Positions 20,479 to 33,700 of a stretch of 64,000 nucleotides of DNA are shown here, piece after piece. The notes beneath the pieces are model-generated. The model did no database searches. It had not been told where the DNA came from and was given only the letters and a program-made list of their open reading frames with translations. Made by a program: the position numbers and the translations under genes. The stretch is from Tubiluchus corallicola (taxonomy: Eukaryota; Animalia; Priapulida): positions 424,116 through 488,115 of the forward strand of contig JAQGDQ010000064.1 of assembly GCA_030141605.1 (NCBI GenBank), written 5' to 3'. Within the stretch, counting starts at the first letter, position 1. Each line of letters starts with the position of its first letter.

Positions 20479-21714
20479 CTACTTATTTGAAAATTTCTCA
20501 ACAGGTGTTGAAGACCTACTACCTGTTAATGACAGTCTCCTCAGTTCCTGCTTAATTGCATTTATAACAGGAACTGGACTTCCAGTGCTTTTACCAGCTG
20601 TTTCCAGCTCCTCATCGGAAATGATGCGGGACCTCGTCTCACTGGATACGGGTTGCTTTGTTACGTTAGCAAGCGACGAGCTTTCACTGAGTACGAAATG
20701 CGCAGAATTTGACTGGATTTGTGCCGGCGAGGATGTTCTCTCTGTGATGATGCTGCCGCTAAGTGTGTGACTACTGGATGGTGGAGTGTACTTCCAGTCA
20801 TCATCAGCAACAGGTTGTTCTCGTTCGATGACTGTCCGCACAGATTCTGCTGAATCCTCTACTGTATCTCTAGGATCTGATTCCGACTCCTCAAGGTATT
20901 CCTCATATTCTGATAGGGAACAATTAGATTCTGTGGCAACATGAGTTAAAATATTAGCTTGTTTTATTATTGGTTGAGGTGTGCTAGTGCTTTCTTGCTT
21001 TGATGAGGCACTGGCCGATTCATCAACCAATGATGTCGAAGATGTTCTGATGATGTCGTTGTACATGCTGTCCGATGCATGAGAACTGGTTGTGCTCGCT
21101 TGCTTCGTTAGCACAACAGAAGATTTAGAAGTTACGCTGGTTGCTTCTGGCAGTGGTGCAGGCCTTCCTTCCTCAGTCTGTAAATTATTGTGCACTATTT
21201 TAGTACTACTGCTGGCACCAGTAGACTGTTTTATGTGACTCCAATCACTATCCGCTACATATCCATGAGGTTTTATTTCGAAAGCATCACCGGCGTCTGT
21301 TGCAGCCTCATCAAATACAACTACAGAATTCCTATCATTAAGCTTCTGTCTCGCATCCACTGAATCGCTTCGCACATTGTTCACATTGATTCTATTGTTA
21401 TTTGCAGAGACAGGTCGCGTCAGTTTTACATCATTATTAACTGCTTCGGTAGGCGACGAAGGAGGCGAATAAAAATTTCTTGGACTTGAAAATTGCCACC
21501 TATCTCCACCAGAAGATGCTACTCCCTGATGACCATTACACACAGCTGAAGACTTTGTAGGCAGGACAGCCAGTTTTCCATGTGTTTCCCATCTTGCTGG
21601 ATCAGAAACAAGCATATTAGTAGAAAATGTCTGCCCCTGCATCTGATTGGTGGAAGTTCTTGCTGCAGGTATAGGAACTGGTGGAGCTGCGATCATACCT
21701 GGAAGCATTGAATT
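20479..21714 (-). CDS. KIAA1549: Last exon of the KIAA1549-like gene (Ser-rich cytoplasmic tail)
   Basis: tttcag acceptor at 21715; 411 open codons ending ...VINAIKQELRRLS...FSNK*, similar to the recalled KIAA1549 C-terminal IKAIREELLRLS motif. Confidence 0.88.
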   Translation of the reverse strand, partial: NSMLPGMIAAPPVPIPAARTSTNQMQGQTFSTNMLVSDPARWETHGKLAVLPTKSSAVCNGHQGVASSGGDRWQFSSPRNFYSPPSSPTEAVNNDVKLTRPVSANNNRINVNNVRSDSVDARQKLNDRNSVVVFDEAATDAGDAFEIKPHGYVADSDWSHIKQSTGASSSTKIVHNNLQTEEGRPAPLPEATSVTSKSSVVLTKQASTTSSHASDSMYNDIIRTSSTSLVDESASASSKQESTSTPQPIIKQANILTHVATESNCSLSEYEEYLEESESDPRDTVEDSAESVRTVIEREQPVADDDWKYTPPSSSHTLSGSIITERTSSPAQIQSNSAHFVLSESSSLANVTKQPVSSETRSRIISDEELETAGKSTGSPVPVINAIKQELRRLSLTGSRSSTPVEKFSNK

Positions 21715-24700
21715 CTGAAATATAAATACAAGGAAAGTTAACTTACATTGCTACCATTACGCAATTTATATATTTTAATAATTTGAATTGCTGGAAAATA
21801 AAAACTGGCAGATCAAAAATATAAATATTAGTGGAACACTGACAATGAAGTCAACAAAAGTGCAAGGAAAAACAAAAACTATTATCTCATGCTTTGGAAA
21901 CAGTGATCATTTCAGAAACTGTTATTTTTTGTTTTCAAAATTTACTTTTAGACATTTCTATTAAACAACAAAATAAGATATCTGCAGAAAAAAATGGCCA
22001 AAAGTTTTTTCTACTGGAAAGCTAGCCTTTCTACAAAAATTCGCCTTCTCTAAGACTTTTAATTGCTTTACATTATCAAGTGGGGGACTACTCTAGCTGA
22101 TACCAGTCAGTATGTTCATACTGTGACCAAAAGTAAGGGTTCAAAAACAACAGAAAACTAAAGGGTAAAACTTTTCATAATCATGTACACATATATAAAA
22201 TAAACTAAATCAAAGTTCCATTTGATTGTTTTAATACTTCCTATGGCAAATCTTACCACGTTTCTTGCCCGTGGACTTCCCAATCAGAGCAGCATATAGT
22301 ATTCCTACTATATGTCGCTCTGTTCCAAACTAGTCACCTGTGCCATCTAGTGACTGTTTCTTAAATTGTCCGATTACAGTTTGTGTACTCTATGAACTCC
22401 GATATGTTCATACGAAGTATTTAACAGTGCTGTGCAATGAGTGCAACTTTTTACGGGAAAAAATGAGTTAAGAAAAATACAGATTTCATATGAAGGAGAG
22501 CTCATCGGGTCAATGCAACCTGATAGATGGAAATAAATATCTTAGTTAACCCGACTGTAAGTTTGACGTGTTTCCATATTTTAAGCATTCTGAACTTTTT
22601 GCATACCATGAATAAATGTGCAACAGGCGTCAGGTGAAAAAGTGTTAATTTGCCCATAACCAGGGTGTGCATTAGTCAAACAAATGCAGACAACATTTGT
22701 GCAATGCAGCCAAGGCTGAGACAGAACAGTTGTTGACTGTCGTGCACTAGCATTCCTAGAATAAAAAAAGTTCAAAGTGAAATAATCGATGTTGCATGAG
22801 CCAATATAATAACTTCTAAAATGTAAAAATATGTGATTTTGCATGCAAGAGCAGAAAATTTCATGAAGATCAAGGAAAGGTAACAAAAGTCACACTTTGT
22901 TTACTTCCTAAATTATGCAAAACTCATGTAAAAACTGAAGTTACATGAATCTAGTAAAAAACTATGAAAAATTGTACCATTTTTAACAATTATGAACAAA
23001 ACGTATACCATTCCGTTCATGCCAATGGATACACTGAGGTCAGTTAGCATCGGGCATTTTGTAGCATCATATAAACAGCTAACTAAAAAGTAGATTTAGC
23101 GACACGAACACCATTTAATATTTTTTATCACTGTATTTGCTACAAAAGAGCAGTGCAGCACTATAGTGTAGAAGAACAATAAATTAGAATAAAAGTGAAA
23201 AACATTTTATTATATGTGCAGTTCAACACTTTCTAAATGACACATTCCAAAAAGAAATCAAGTATAATGAAAGTAAACTTATTTGAAGTATCACGATATT
23301 AAACAATGCTACCCACTAAAACAAAAATAATATCTCTTGCCTTAGACGTTCTAGTGCTGTAAATAAAATGGCGACAGCTTCATGCTTAGAGACGCCATAT
23401 AAAGGAATCTAATTAGATGTAAGGAAAGACAGGAGAGGCTGCAAATAATATGAGCATGTGGCACTCACAACTTGTGATGTCATTTATCACATTCATGTCT
23501 TCTTTTCAAGGACTTTGCTTACAGTTTTACTTATTTACAATGGGTAAAAGACAAGAAGAAATTTGCAATTCTATCAACTTAACATTTTCTGATGTTATTT
23601 CTATGTTAAGTTTCCTTTACACTAATATTTGTACATAGTGTTCTAAATACACAGGATACAGCTATCATTCAAACACTGAGGTATTATTGCACATGATAAC
23701 TACTGTGTAACCTGGATTTAACATTAGCCACTGAAAAAGCTTCATCTAACAGCTCATCCATTACGTACAATAAATAAATAATTTAATAATAACACGTACT
23801 GTTTCATCTACATTGTTAGGCTGAGTTGTGCCCTGAAATTCTGTTATAGGAAGATTAAGCCTAGATAATTCATCTCCAGCTTGATATGATGTCCAGATTA
23901 TACTAGGAGTGGACGCCCTGCGTCCAGCATCCACTAGGGGTGTGTGCTTAACATCTACAAAAAAATAATTAACACTTAAAAAATAGTTATAATTCACGAA
24001 CTAGTTAGTTGCATACAAAACAAATCACACAGAACTGCTTAGTGGCAGGATTTTTTGTCTGATTAAGTATAAGACTGCAGAATTATAGCACAATGATTGA
24101 AGTGCTTGTGATGAAGGTAGGCCATAACATCACTTCACTTGTTACATAAACAATTAACCAATCCATACTTATTAAAATCATAATTACAAGCAGCAAATTC
24201 TACGAATTATATACCATTGCATCACGTTCCATGACAGCACAACGTTCAGAACTTTCTCACAAAAACGATAGACAACAATACGCACTTTTATACAGTGTAA
24301 GAGAAAATAAAAACAACCAAAATTCTCTTTTATCATATAACCATTCGAATACATCATGAAATAGTATTTTGTTTAAAAAACGAATGTATACCTGCTCTTG
24401 GAGGAGGTTTTGGTGGTTTGCCCTTTCCATTTGTCGAAAGATCTGTATCACTTCCTCTTGGTGTGATAGGCATATGTAACTGAATACTGGGCATTATTTT
24501 ATTTCTGCAAATGACAAGAATGAATTGTCGAAATGTGCAAAAACAACTTACAAGTTACATGAATAGTTTACTTTTTGGACAAAGGATAAATCACTATAAA
24601 AATAATTTATATACTCACAAATGCTGCTGTTTACATTTTTTATGGTATTTTAGTGAAAATAACTGAATATGGGAGTCAGATATTACATTGCACAAGATAC

Positions 24701-27700
24701 CTGCTGAACAAGAGTTAAAAATACCTGGATTTAAAATTAGCCAAAGAAAAGGCTTCATCTAAAAGCTCATCCATTTTTGCTCGGGTCTCTTGAATCTTGT
24801 GAGCAACATCTTCAGCTATAGGACTGTTTCCATCACTTGAATAAGTCTGCAATACAATTATAAACGTATCATTGATGTTTTTTTTTATAAAATGATCTGT
24901 GGTTCATTTGAGGTGAAACTCATCGGAAAACAACTTGTTTAACATATCAATGATGCCAACACACTTAATGGTCACTGCAATTAATATTCGTAAAATATGC
25001 TGGTATGCAAAACATAGTGAGAAGGCATTCATATGAAAAATTATGGAGCCCTAATTCAAAATTCAAATGATTATTTCTGTTAGTCAGTTCTGCCTTTTTG
25101 AACTCTTTTCTATACAAGCCCACATCAGTCGCACTACTTGAATGCCCTTACATCATTCCTTTTGTTTTATAATCGGTGTTAGAAACAGACATGTCTTCAT
25201 AAAGACTAAAAATTTAAATTAATGTTAAAATTTAACTGAATCCAAGTGGGGCCTCCACTGGGACTCAAACCCAGGTCTTCTGCTTTTCAAACAGCTATGC
25301 TAACCAGTACATTGAAGAGGCATGCTGACAGTTCAGACATGGAAATTTACTGTAAACCTATTAGAAGTCTATCAGTGGAGAATCAAATTCCATAATGCAT
25401 CAAGACATGATACAGTTCTATCATATAAACACACAAAAACAAGAAAGACTAAATAATCTTTGCACCTCCTCTTGTGATTAATGCAGACCTAATGCCATTA
25501 CATCACAGAGGCACCTGATTTTTCAGACACAAATTTACTCTATATGCTGCTAGAGGTTTATCACAGAGGACTCATATTCCACACTGTATTAGACACAGAG
25601 CCAGATTAATCCAATAAACATGCTAAAACAGTGCTAAGTTAGAAAAACTGAAAAAGCAGTTGAAAATTACAATACCAAAATAAACACACAAATTGAGACT
25701 GCTATGTGGAAGGAGACGCAAGGAAGAAAAAAGTAATCCACAGAACTGGTATCCAAGTTTGGTATCAAAATTTCATTAATTGTGGACTTGTATCATAACT
25801 ATAAGTGAACTATAACTGAACTATACCTACACAATTGTATACTATAGCTGAAGTTCACAGTTGTGACATCTAAAATAGGGAAGAGTAGCCTAATACATTA
25901 TTACTAGTTAAAGCAAAAATAGCAACAATGATAAGATGCTATTTTACCAAATGGTGCCGATGTTTGTGCTTCTGACGCTTGTGCTTCCTGCGTCTTCGCT
26001 CACTGGGTTCTAAATAGGCGTCTGGCATGGCAGATGTTTCTTGTTCCTCACTGGAATTCACTGAAAAATTCCAAAACCAGCAAATAATGAATAATAAATT
26101 AAGCGGACATGATAACAAATACGGGCATAAAATAAAATACATACCTTTCATGTTTTGAACTTCAGGTCTTTGCTGAATAACCTAATAAACATATTTTCTA
26201 AAATCTCAGTGTAAACTAATGAAATGAGCAAAATAGTCAAACAAAGCAGTGCAAAAACGTGGTCCTGATGAGTGGGTCGCTCGGGTATTATACCCTGATT
26301 TAAGGCAGCATTAACAAATTAGGCCATCAAAATAAGCTTGCTGCATTCTGTGAAATTACACAAAACTGTAAGAAAATATGCAATACCTCGCAAATCACAA
26401 TCAGAATCAGGGCCTGTGCCTCTCATATAACTTTTCCTCAAAAACTAAAGTTCAGGGAGAACGGCTATGAAAAGATATACAATTATGAAATTTTTGGCGA
26501 ATAAAATTAGTGGCAAATGTACACCTATACCTTAAACTGCTTTAAATCATAATAAATAATAGAAAAAGTTAATACAAGCTGTCACTGTCACTAACGTAAT
26601 ACAAAAACCGGGGTAAAATTTTGGATAAATTTAGAAGGAGATATAAAATTACAGGGAGGATCTGTCGTAATAACAGTTTTGATGCTACAGAATCACATTT
26701 TGCAGCGATCACTTGTTTCATGTACCATTAGCATGTTTATTAATAACAGACAATTTAAATATTGTGTAATGTCTTCAATACTAGAAAAACAGGAGAGAAA
26801 ATGTTCCTTTTAAGCTAGAAAATCGTCAAGGTGGAAAATTAATTTTCGTAGGGGTTGTACTCTCACATGAATGTGGCAGTTGCACCTCTGTTGGTTCAGT
26901 GGTTCATTTTAGAAGTTGAGGATTGATGAGTGAGGTGCCAGTCTTGCCATGATCATTTCAATATATATATATAGGATTTGGAGAGCAGGGTTCTGGCTTG
27001 CAGTGAGTGCACGGTGCATGACTTGCATGAAAATCATATTCACTGCTCACACCTACTTGCCTTTTCACCAGTGGTATTAATGAATTACTCCCACCTGCAT
27101 TCAATTTCACTCCATAATTTGCAGTAGTTTACCTGATTTATCTTGCTGCTTCTGCCTACGAAGTTTCTCTTTCTGCTTCTGTTTGTTCCGCCACTTTTCT
27201 AATTCCACTTTTTCTTTCAGATACTTTTCCATCTATTATTAAAAATATTTTTTTTAAAGCGAAAATCTATTGCACAACGGCTTTTTATATTCAGCACTTT
27301 AAAACAAATTGCATTAAAAAGCAAAATGTTTTATGATGATGCAGAAAAGTACTTAGGAACTTTGCAAAGATGTAAAATGTATACATCTCCTTTTATTAAA
27401 AAGCTTAGAATAACAATAGGAGCAAATAATAAAGAAAACGTTTACTGCTAAATAGGGGGAACAAAGGGAGCAACCATTTCAGCTCCCCTGAGCACAACTG
27501 ACATCTTTTGAACGATTTTTTCAACTCTTTAGTTCGCTTGTGCAATAAAAAGTGGAATGTTTTTTTATTTTTTTATCACATAGCTTTGGAAGAATTTTCT
27601 GGAATTACTTCTTTATTTGACCAACATGCATAGTGTGTTTTTGAAATGAGCATACATTTATGCATTGTCACTTGACAAGGTTGACTGCCCAAATCTAATT

Positions 27701-30700
27701 ATTATGATATATTCTTGTCACACGCTGATACTGTCTGTTGTGGCATAGACAAACATATAATTGCTTCAAGCGTCGGGTGCCTTTTTTATGTGCTTGCACC
27801 CCCTAACTTTTTACCTGGCTATGCCCCTGAATAATTAAGGTATAAACAAAAGCCTCACATCTTTTTTGTAGCGCAAGTCCTTGTCTAATCTAGTACTGGT
27901 TAATGGAATGTGAATAGGTGGTGGAAACTCCGATAAAGACGTCCGTGTCATGGGTGGACTCGTCTGTGCCATTTTATCCACGTGCTGGAAATGTTTACTC
28001 TTTGCAGCTATGGAAAGCAAAACATGTTTGAACAACTACCGCATTGGCATCAAATAAACACATCACCCATTGCAATAAGCCTTTTCACAGTTTCAGTGAT
28101 TGACGATGACTGTGAAAAGGTTGAAGGGTTAAGTGAATGAGATAACACATTTGTGTACACTTGACAATGCCTCGCAGTGCTAACAAATTTAACAGCTAGC
28201 TAGAACCGTAATTAGTTCATTTTTCTTGTTCCCAAGCAAGATCCTGCTAGAAAATCACTCTACATTGCATAAACTATTGCATAATTAAGTAAAGTCAAAG
28301 TAAAACAACAGTAAAATGGCGTCTGAACTTCTGTAACAGACGGCTTTGCCTTACCCACACATCAAGTGGCAGTTCTTGTTAAGACACCTTGCTGGTGTTC
28401 ACTTAACCTCTGACCTACAGTAACTGTATGTGCATACAGCAAAGCTGAAAGGGCTTATTGGAATGGTTACAAAACAGTTACTAGCAAAACAACATGCAAG
28501 CATGATAATCCACCATAAAAAACATCACATATATTAAGGGCACCTTCTTCTAGACTACTGTCTGTAATATTGTCATTTGTTTCCACTTCAGATTCATCCA
28601 CTTCGTTAATCAAGGATAATTCCGCTGGAGTCTCACTAGGAGGGTGTTCAGATCCAGTTTCGGCTGATGTCCCAGGTTCATCAAAAGCAGAATCTTCTTT
28701 ATCTCTGTTAATAAAAATGGTTTGTTAAATGTTTCTTCTATTATCCTTACCCAAGTACTACAGTATTAATTCATGGTCTAATACAGAAATTTTACTTTTT
28801 AAAAACCAAATTTGCTAAAACAGTTGATAAAACAGTTGCCAATTTTAATAAACTCATAAGTAAAAATAAAATCTGTTATTCTCCTAAGTGTCTATTATTT
28901 TGCTGCACATTAGGTATATTATATGATACAACAATGAAAGCTCTGTAAGTGAAGAAATCATTTTGCAAAAACTTTTTCGAAATATTAAGAAAAATAACTT
29001 CTATCTATTACGTCATATTTTATGTGGTAATAAGTCTGAGAGAAAAGCTGTTAGCTAGGTGCTGTAAGTTAGATGTATATAGAAAAGTGCCGACAGAAAC
29101 AACAGAATGCCTCTACAGGGAAGTACCGTATTTTCCCATGTATAAGAGACCCTTGTGTATAAGAGACCCCTTCAATTTTTAGGCAAAAATTCTGGAAAAA
29201 AGTTTTTTGGTAATGAATAACTTTATTCATCATAGAAATCATTAAATTCCTCATCACTCTCATCAAAAATATCAACTGGAGTCAGACCTTCAGCAATTCC
29301 AGCCAGTTCATCATCAGAGGAGTCACTCTGCTCAAAATTGGCATTGTCCTCTTTTGACATTTAAAAAAATAATAACTTACCCGGTACATTAATTTTATCA
29401 TTAGAATTTAGCCATGGAGAAGATTTATTGAAAGGAAACTATAATTATTCGAAATATACTCCCATGTATAAGAGACCCCTTATTTTTAAAGTGAAAATTC
29501 TGAGCAAAAAAGGGTCTCTTATACACGGGAAAATACGGTAAGTGTTTTCAGAAACTACAAAGTTCTAAGCATTTAATTAAGCAAAATCGACTTACAAAAA
29601 CAATATAACAAAATGACTAAGGCAATAAATAAAAACATAAGATGTAATAATTACACGTAGCGAATATGCACTAATGCAGGTTCCTCCTCTTTTGCTTTCA
29701 TTTTCTTTTTAGAAGAGACAGCTTGTTCACAAAGAGAATATGATGTTGCGGAAGTAGTAGAAGGAGGATCTCCCTCGGCCGTACAAAGCTGAGCTTCGAC
29801 ATCCGTAGCTGGGTTATCAACACCAATATCCTGTCAAACACAGATATCAAAGAACATGCAATCAAGACCAGGTTCTAGAATGAAAATTTCCATTAAAAAG
29901 ATGACTTTTAATGTCACAAAAGAAATTTGAACACACATTTCTGTCAACGTAATAAGACAATATTTTTGGAGACAAATGTCCAATGAAAAACTTTTACAGA
30001 CTTCATTGCCTCTGAGCTAATGCTGTTTTGCTTTTTGATCCAAACTTTATCAGGACGGATGGATATTTACATTTTAAGCTCACTATTAACATCCTGCAAT
30101 AAATCCTGCAGATTATTGACCCAAAAGATAAAGCACTTTTGTAAGTATTTCGTGCATATACATCACTACCAAAACACAGTAGTCGACAGTTTGACTATGG
30201 ACACATTTGCTCTAAATCTAAGAGCAAATAAACATTAAGTTAGTAAAATGTTAAGCAAAAGGGCTTACTGAAATTCTATGATAGAAGTTAACCATAAGTT
30301 ACTTTTTTTGTCTTGATTTTTCTTACATGATTTACTTTCTCGTGAAGTTAAACTTCTTAGATAAATAAAAATCACAATGAACAGCAAAATGTCACACATT
30401 ATACATCACAGTTACTAATACACTTCTGAACTATTTCCTTACCTGAACATACACCCTTCTCTTCTTGACACTAACGAGATGTGGTTCACTGTCATTCTTG
30501 ACGGGTGATGGTTTAAAACATTTATAGTAAGAGAAAAGTATCAGCCACACTATCATGGCTAAAAGAAGCACACCACCAGCAACTGCACCAATTAACCATA
30601 GTTTACCTTGCTTGACTCTAGGTTGGGGTATAGTAATAGAAAAAGTGGCTGCAAAATAAAAAAAACGAAAACGTAAATTTAAATATTTTATGTTAACAAT

Positions 30701-33700
30701 TGGTTTCTCAGTTGCTTCACATCAATATATTGATGTTGAGGCTGTAATTTTTTGTTTTAATACTGCTTAATCTGTATGTATCAAAAAGCATTAATATATA
30801 TATATTATATACAGATGCATATATAAAGATGGAAATTTGTGTGTCTTTTGTGGATGCCTACATGTTGCAGCATACTGCCGGCTGTGATGTACAATAAGAA
30901 CCAGCACGGGAAGGTTTTAGATTAAAATCAATTTAAGTCACTGCGTCTTCCCTAATAACACAACCAAAATACTGTACAAAATAGCACTTTTTAGGACATC
31001 CTGCTCTCAAATGAGTAGTGCACTAAGAATCACCACTGCCCAAGGAAGGTTTTAGGCTGATGTCAATTTAGGTAATTGCTCCCCCAAATGTATTGACCAA
31101 TGTAGTATTTAAAATAGCACTTTTTAGGCCATTCTGCTGTATATAGCTGTTCTTTGTCTCCCAACACCGGAATTTGAATATTGATGTCCCCACTCTATCA
31201 GAACAACAACATCCAATATGACAGTTAAAATCGTGTCCAAAATAACACACACAATAATAATGTTTAATTACAACTTGCGGCCATTTATATGAAAATAACA
31301 CAGCAAAAAACCTACGTTTGACTTTGGTATTCACTATGTAACCAAGCATAATTGCCATCTTCTGTATGTGAATCTTGTCTAGAGAAGTCACAAGATATTC
31401 TGGCTGTAGTACACTGCCATCTTTCACAATGTAATATGATACAGTAACTTGCTCTGTCCCTGCTTCTCTCATGATATTGACAATCTGCAAAAATAGTGTG
31501 TTTTTATCAAGACCATATGAGATAATTTGTAAGGTGATGTCAAAACATATATTTATCACAGCAGTACCACTTCACTTACACAGCAGTTAAATACAGTAAT
31601 GTAGAGATATATTTAGAAAAAAATGTGCAAGAAACAGAAACAATTATGATATCATAATTCAAGACTGAATTTTCAAAATATTTTTACAAGAAAGCAGGTC
31701 GCATTGTTTATAAAAATAATTGATAACATTTTATATAACATGTTCCCTAGGAATTTCTTGAATACACTGGGACAGGTGAGTGATGCTAAGAAACAAATTC
31801 TCACCTGTACAGATTCTTTAGTTGAATCTTACTGTTTAAATTGGTTTATTATTATTAATATAACTCATATAACTAGATTTGGAATAGTGCACCAACATAA
31901 GCTTTCATGTATCCCCAAACGAAAGAAAAGCACTTATTATTTTACCATGTTTTAAACATGCTACAATATTATCATTTGTAATTGAAACTGAGCATTGTGA
32001 CACAAAAGCAACACTCAACTGGCTCTTTGGATTTTTGTGCTCCCTAATACATTATAATAGATCTGTCGAGATTGGACCACAATGGACTGAACCAAGCTGA
32101 GATGTTGCATTTTATTTATGTTGGATTTTACTTACCAGAAAGGATGAATACAGATTACTAGTGCTAATGAATGTTAATGTTCCTGAAGTCAGCTTTATCT
32201 AGGACTGGGAAGCACAAAAGTCCATAAGCCAGTTGAGCGTTGCCCATAAATGCCCAATTGCAATTATAGATGATAAATTTAAAATCATTGATACAGGTCC
32301 AAAAAAATGTTAATTTAAAAATAAGTAAAAAAAAATCGTAAAACTGCACCCGCAAAAATCTTCAATCGAAAGTGATAAACAAAATAATATAATAGAAACA
32401 TGTGCAAAGGAACCACAACACACTGTCACGTACATTTAAATCCATGCCACTGTCCTTACTAAGCGAATTCTGAAACACAGTCACTGATTAATAATAAAAG
32501 CAGAAATAAAAACTCCATAAATCAAACAGTTGCGCAGCAACAGCCCTCATTTTAGGCTAACTGGAGTATGGAGGGGCTAGATTGGGATTATGCAAAATGT
32601 TTTGTTAATATAGCCAATTTAAATGAAGGGGTACAGCACATGCATAACATACATCGCTAATGTCTAACAATATTTTACCGATCTGCCAAACACTCATATA
32701 TGCATTAGATTATTTTCATCAGACTAACGCAAATGCTAGTCTTGGTACATGATATACCAAGAGCCACATTGGCAATCTGCTTTCCTCAGACTAACACCAG
32801 TGGTAATCTCGGTAAATGCTATATCAGGAGCCACACTGGCAATAATGCTGATTCAGTGAGGACAGCTTGAAAGAGTCATTAAAACTAGCAATTATCAAGA
32901 TGCAGATTAGTAAGGGTCTACTATAAGAGAATGGTATTATTATTGAATTATAATCATAGTACTAAGTGACCGAAAAATACAAGCATCCAGTGTTGTTAAA
33001 TTAACGACATACAAAAAAGTAACAACTGCTAGTAAAGTGTAACTTGTACCGTATCTTTCAGTTCTCTGTCTACATACAATTTATTCCTGAAACTTACAAA
33101 ACATTGTTCTATGGTGGCACCAACCAATTTCATCTCTGATGAATTTCAGAACTTCAACAGTAAGCAGGCACAAATGCAAAGCATATCAGTTCCAATTCTG
33201 CTGAAATTCACAAAGTCAAAACTGAATAGCATTTGAGGCGAGTGTTTAAAAACTTCCACAGACAAAATTTACGTTTTTACACATGAACCGCTTACCTGTG
33301 TTCCAATATTGTCTTTAAAAGCTGCTCTTCGATATCGTAATGCCAATGGTCGTTTAATCATTCTTCGCAAAATTCTATCGGCTTTTCTCTTGATAAGCCC
33401 CTGAAGTGCATAATCTGCTAACCAAGCATATTTCCGTTTTTTACGCCTTTGAGGCAACATAACATGGCGTTTTCGCCTTTTAAGTCGGAATGCATACTGG
33501 TATATTTTCGCAAGTTTTTCTTCCATTGTTTGTGAAAATTCATTTGTATGTACATCAACACCATAAGGTACAAGAATTTCTGGAAAAAAGACCCAAGAAT
33601 ATTTAAAGACACTAAGCATGCTTGTCATGTTACTATATTTCATGTCATTTAAAATATCAAGTACTGCCTATTTTTATACACAAACATAGGATTTTTGCAA

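Noticed and set aside
20330-20770. 146-aa plus-strand ORF
   Set aside because: Antisense to the last KIAA1549-like exon, non-ATG start and no recognisable motif.
26262-26300. CTGATGAG, resembling a hammerhead ribozyme core
   Set aside because: No GAAA after the putative stem II and no stems I or III.
32136-32198. Possible 63-bp phase-0 cassette exon (IKLTSGTLTFISTSNLYSSFL) with a strong donor
   Set aside because: It would split the conserved Q-IVNI motif, and the first AG after the pyrimidine tract gives an immediate stop; no homology support.
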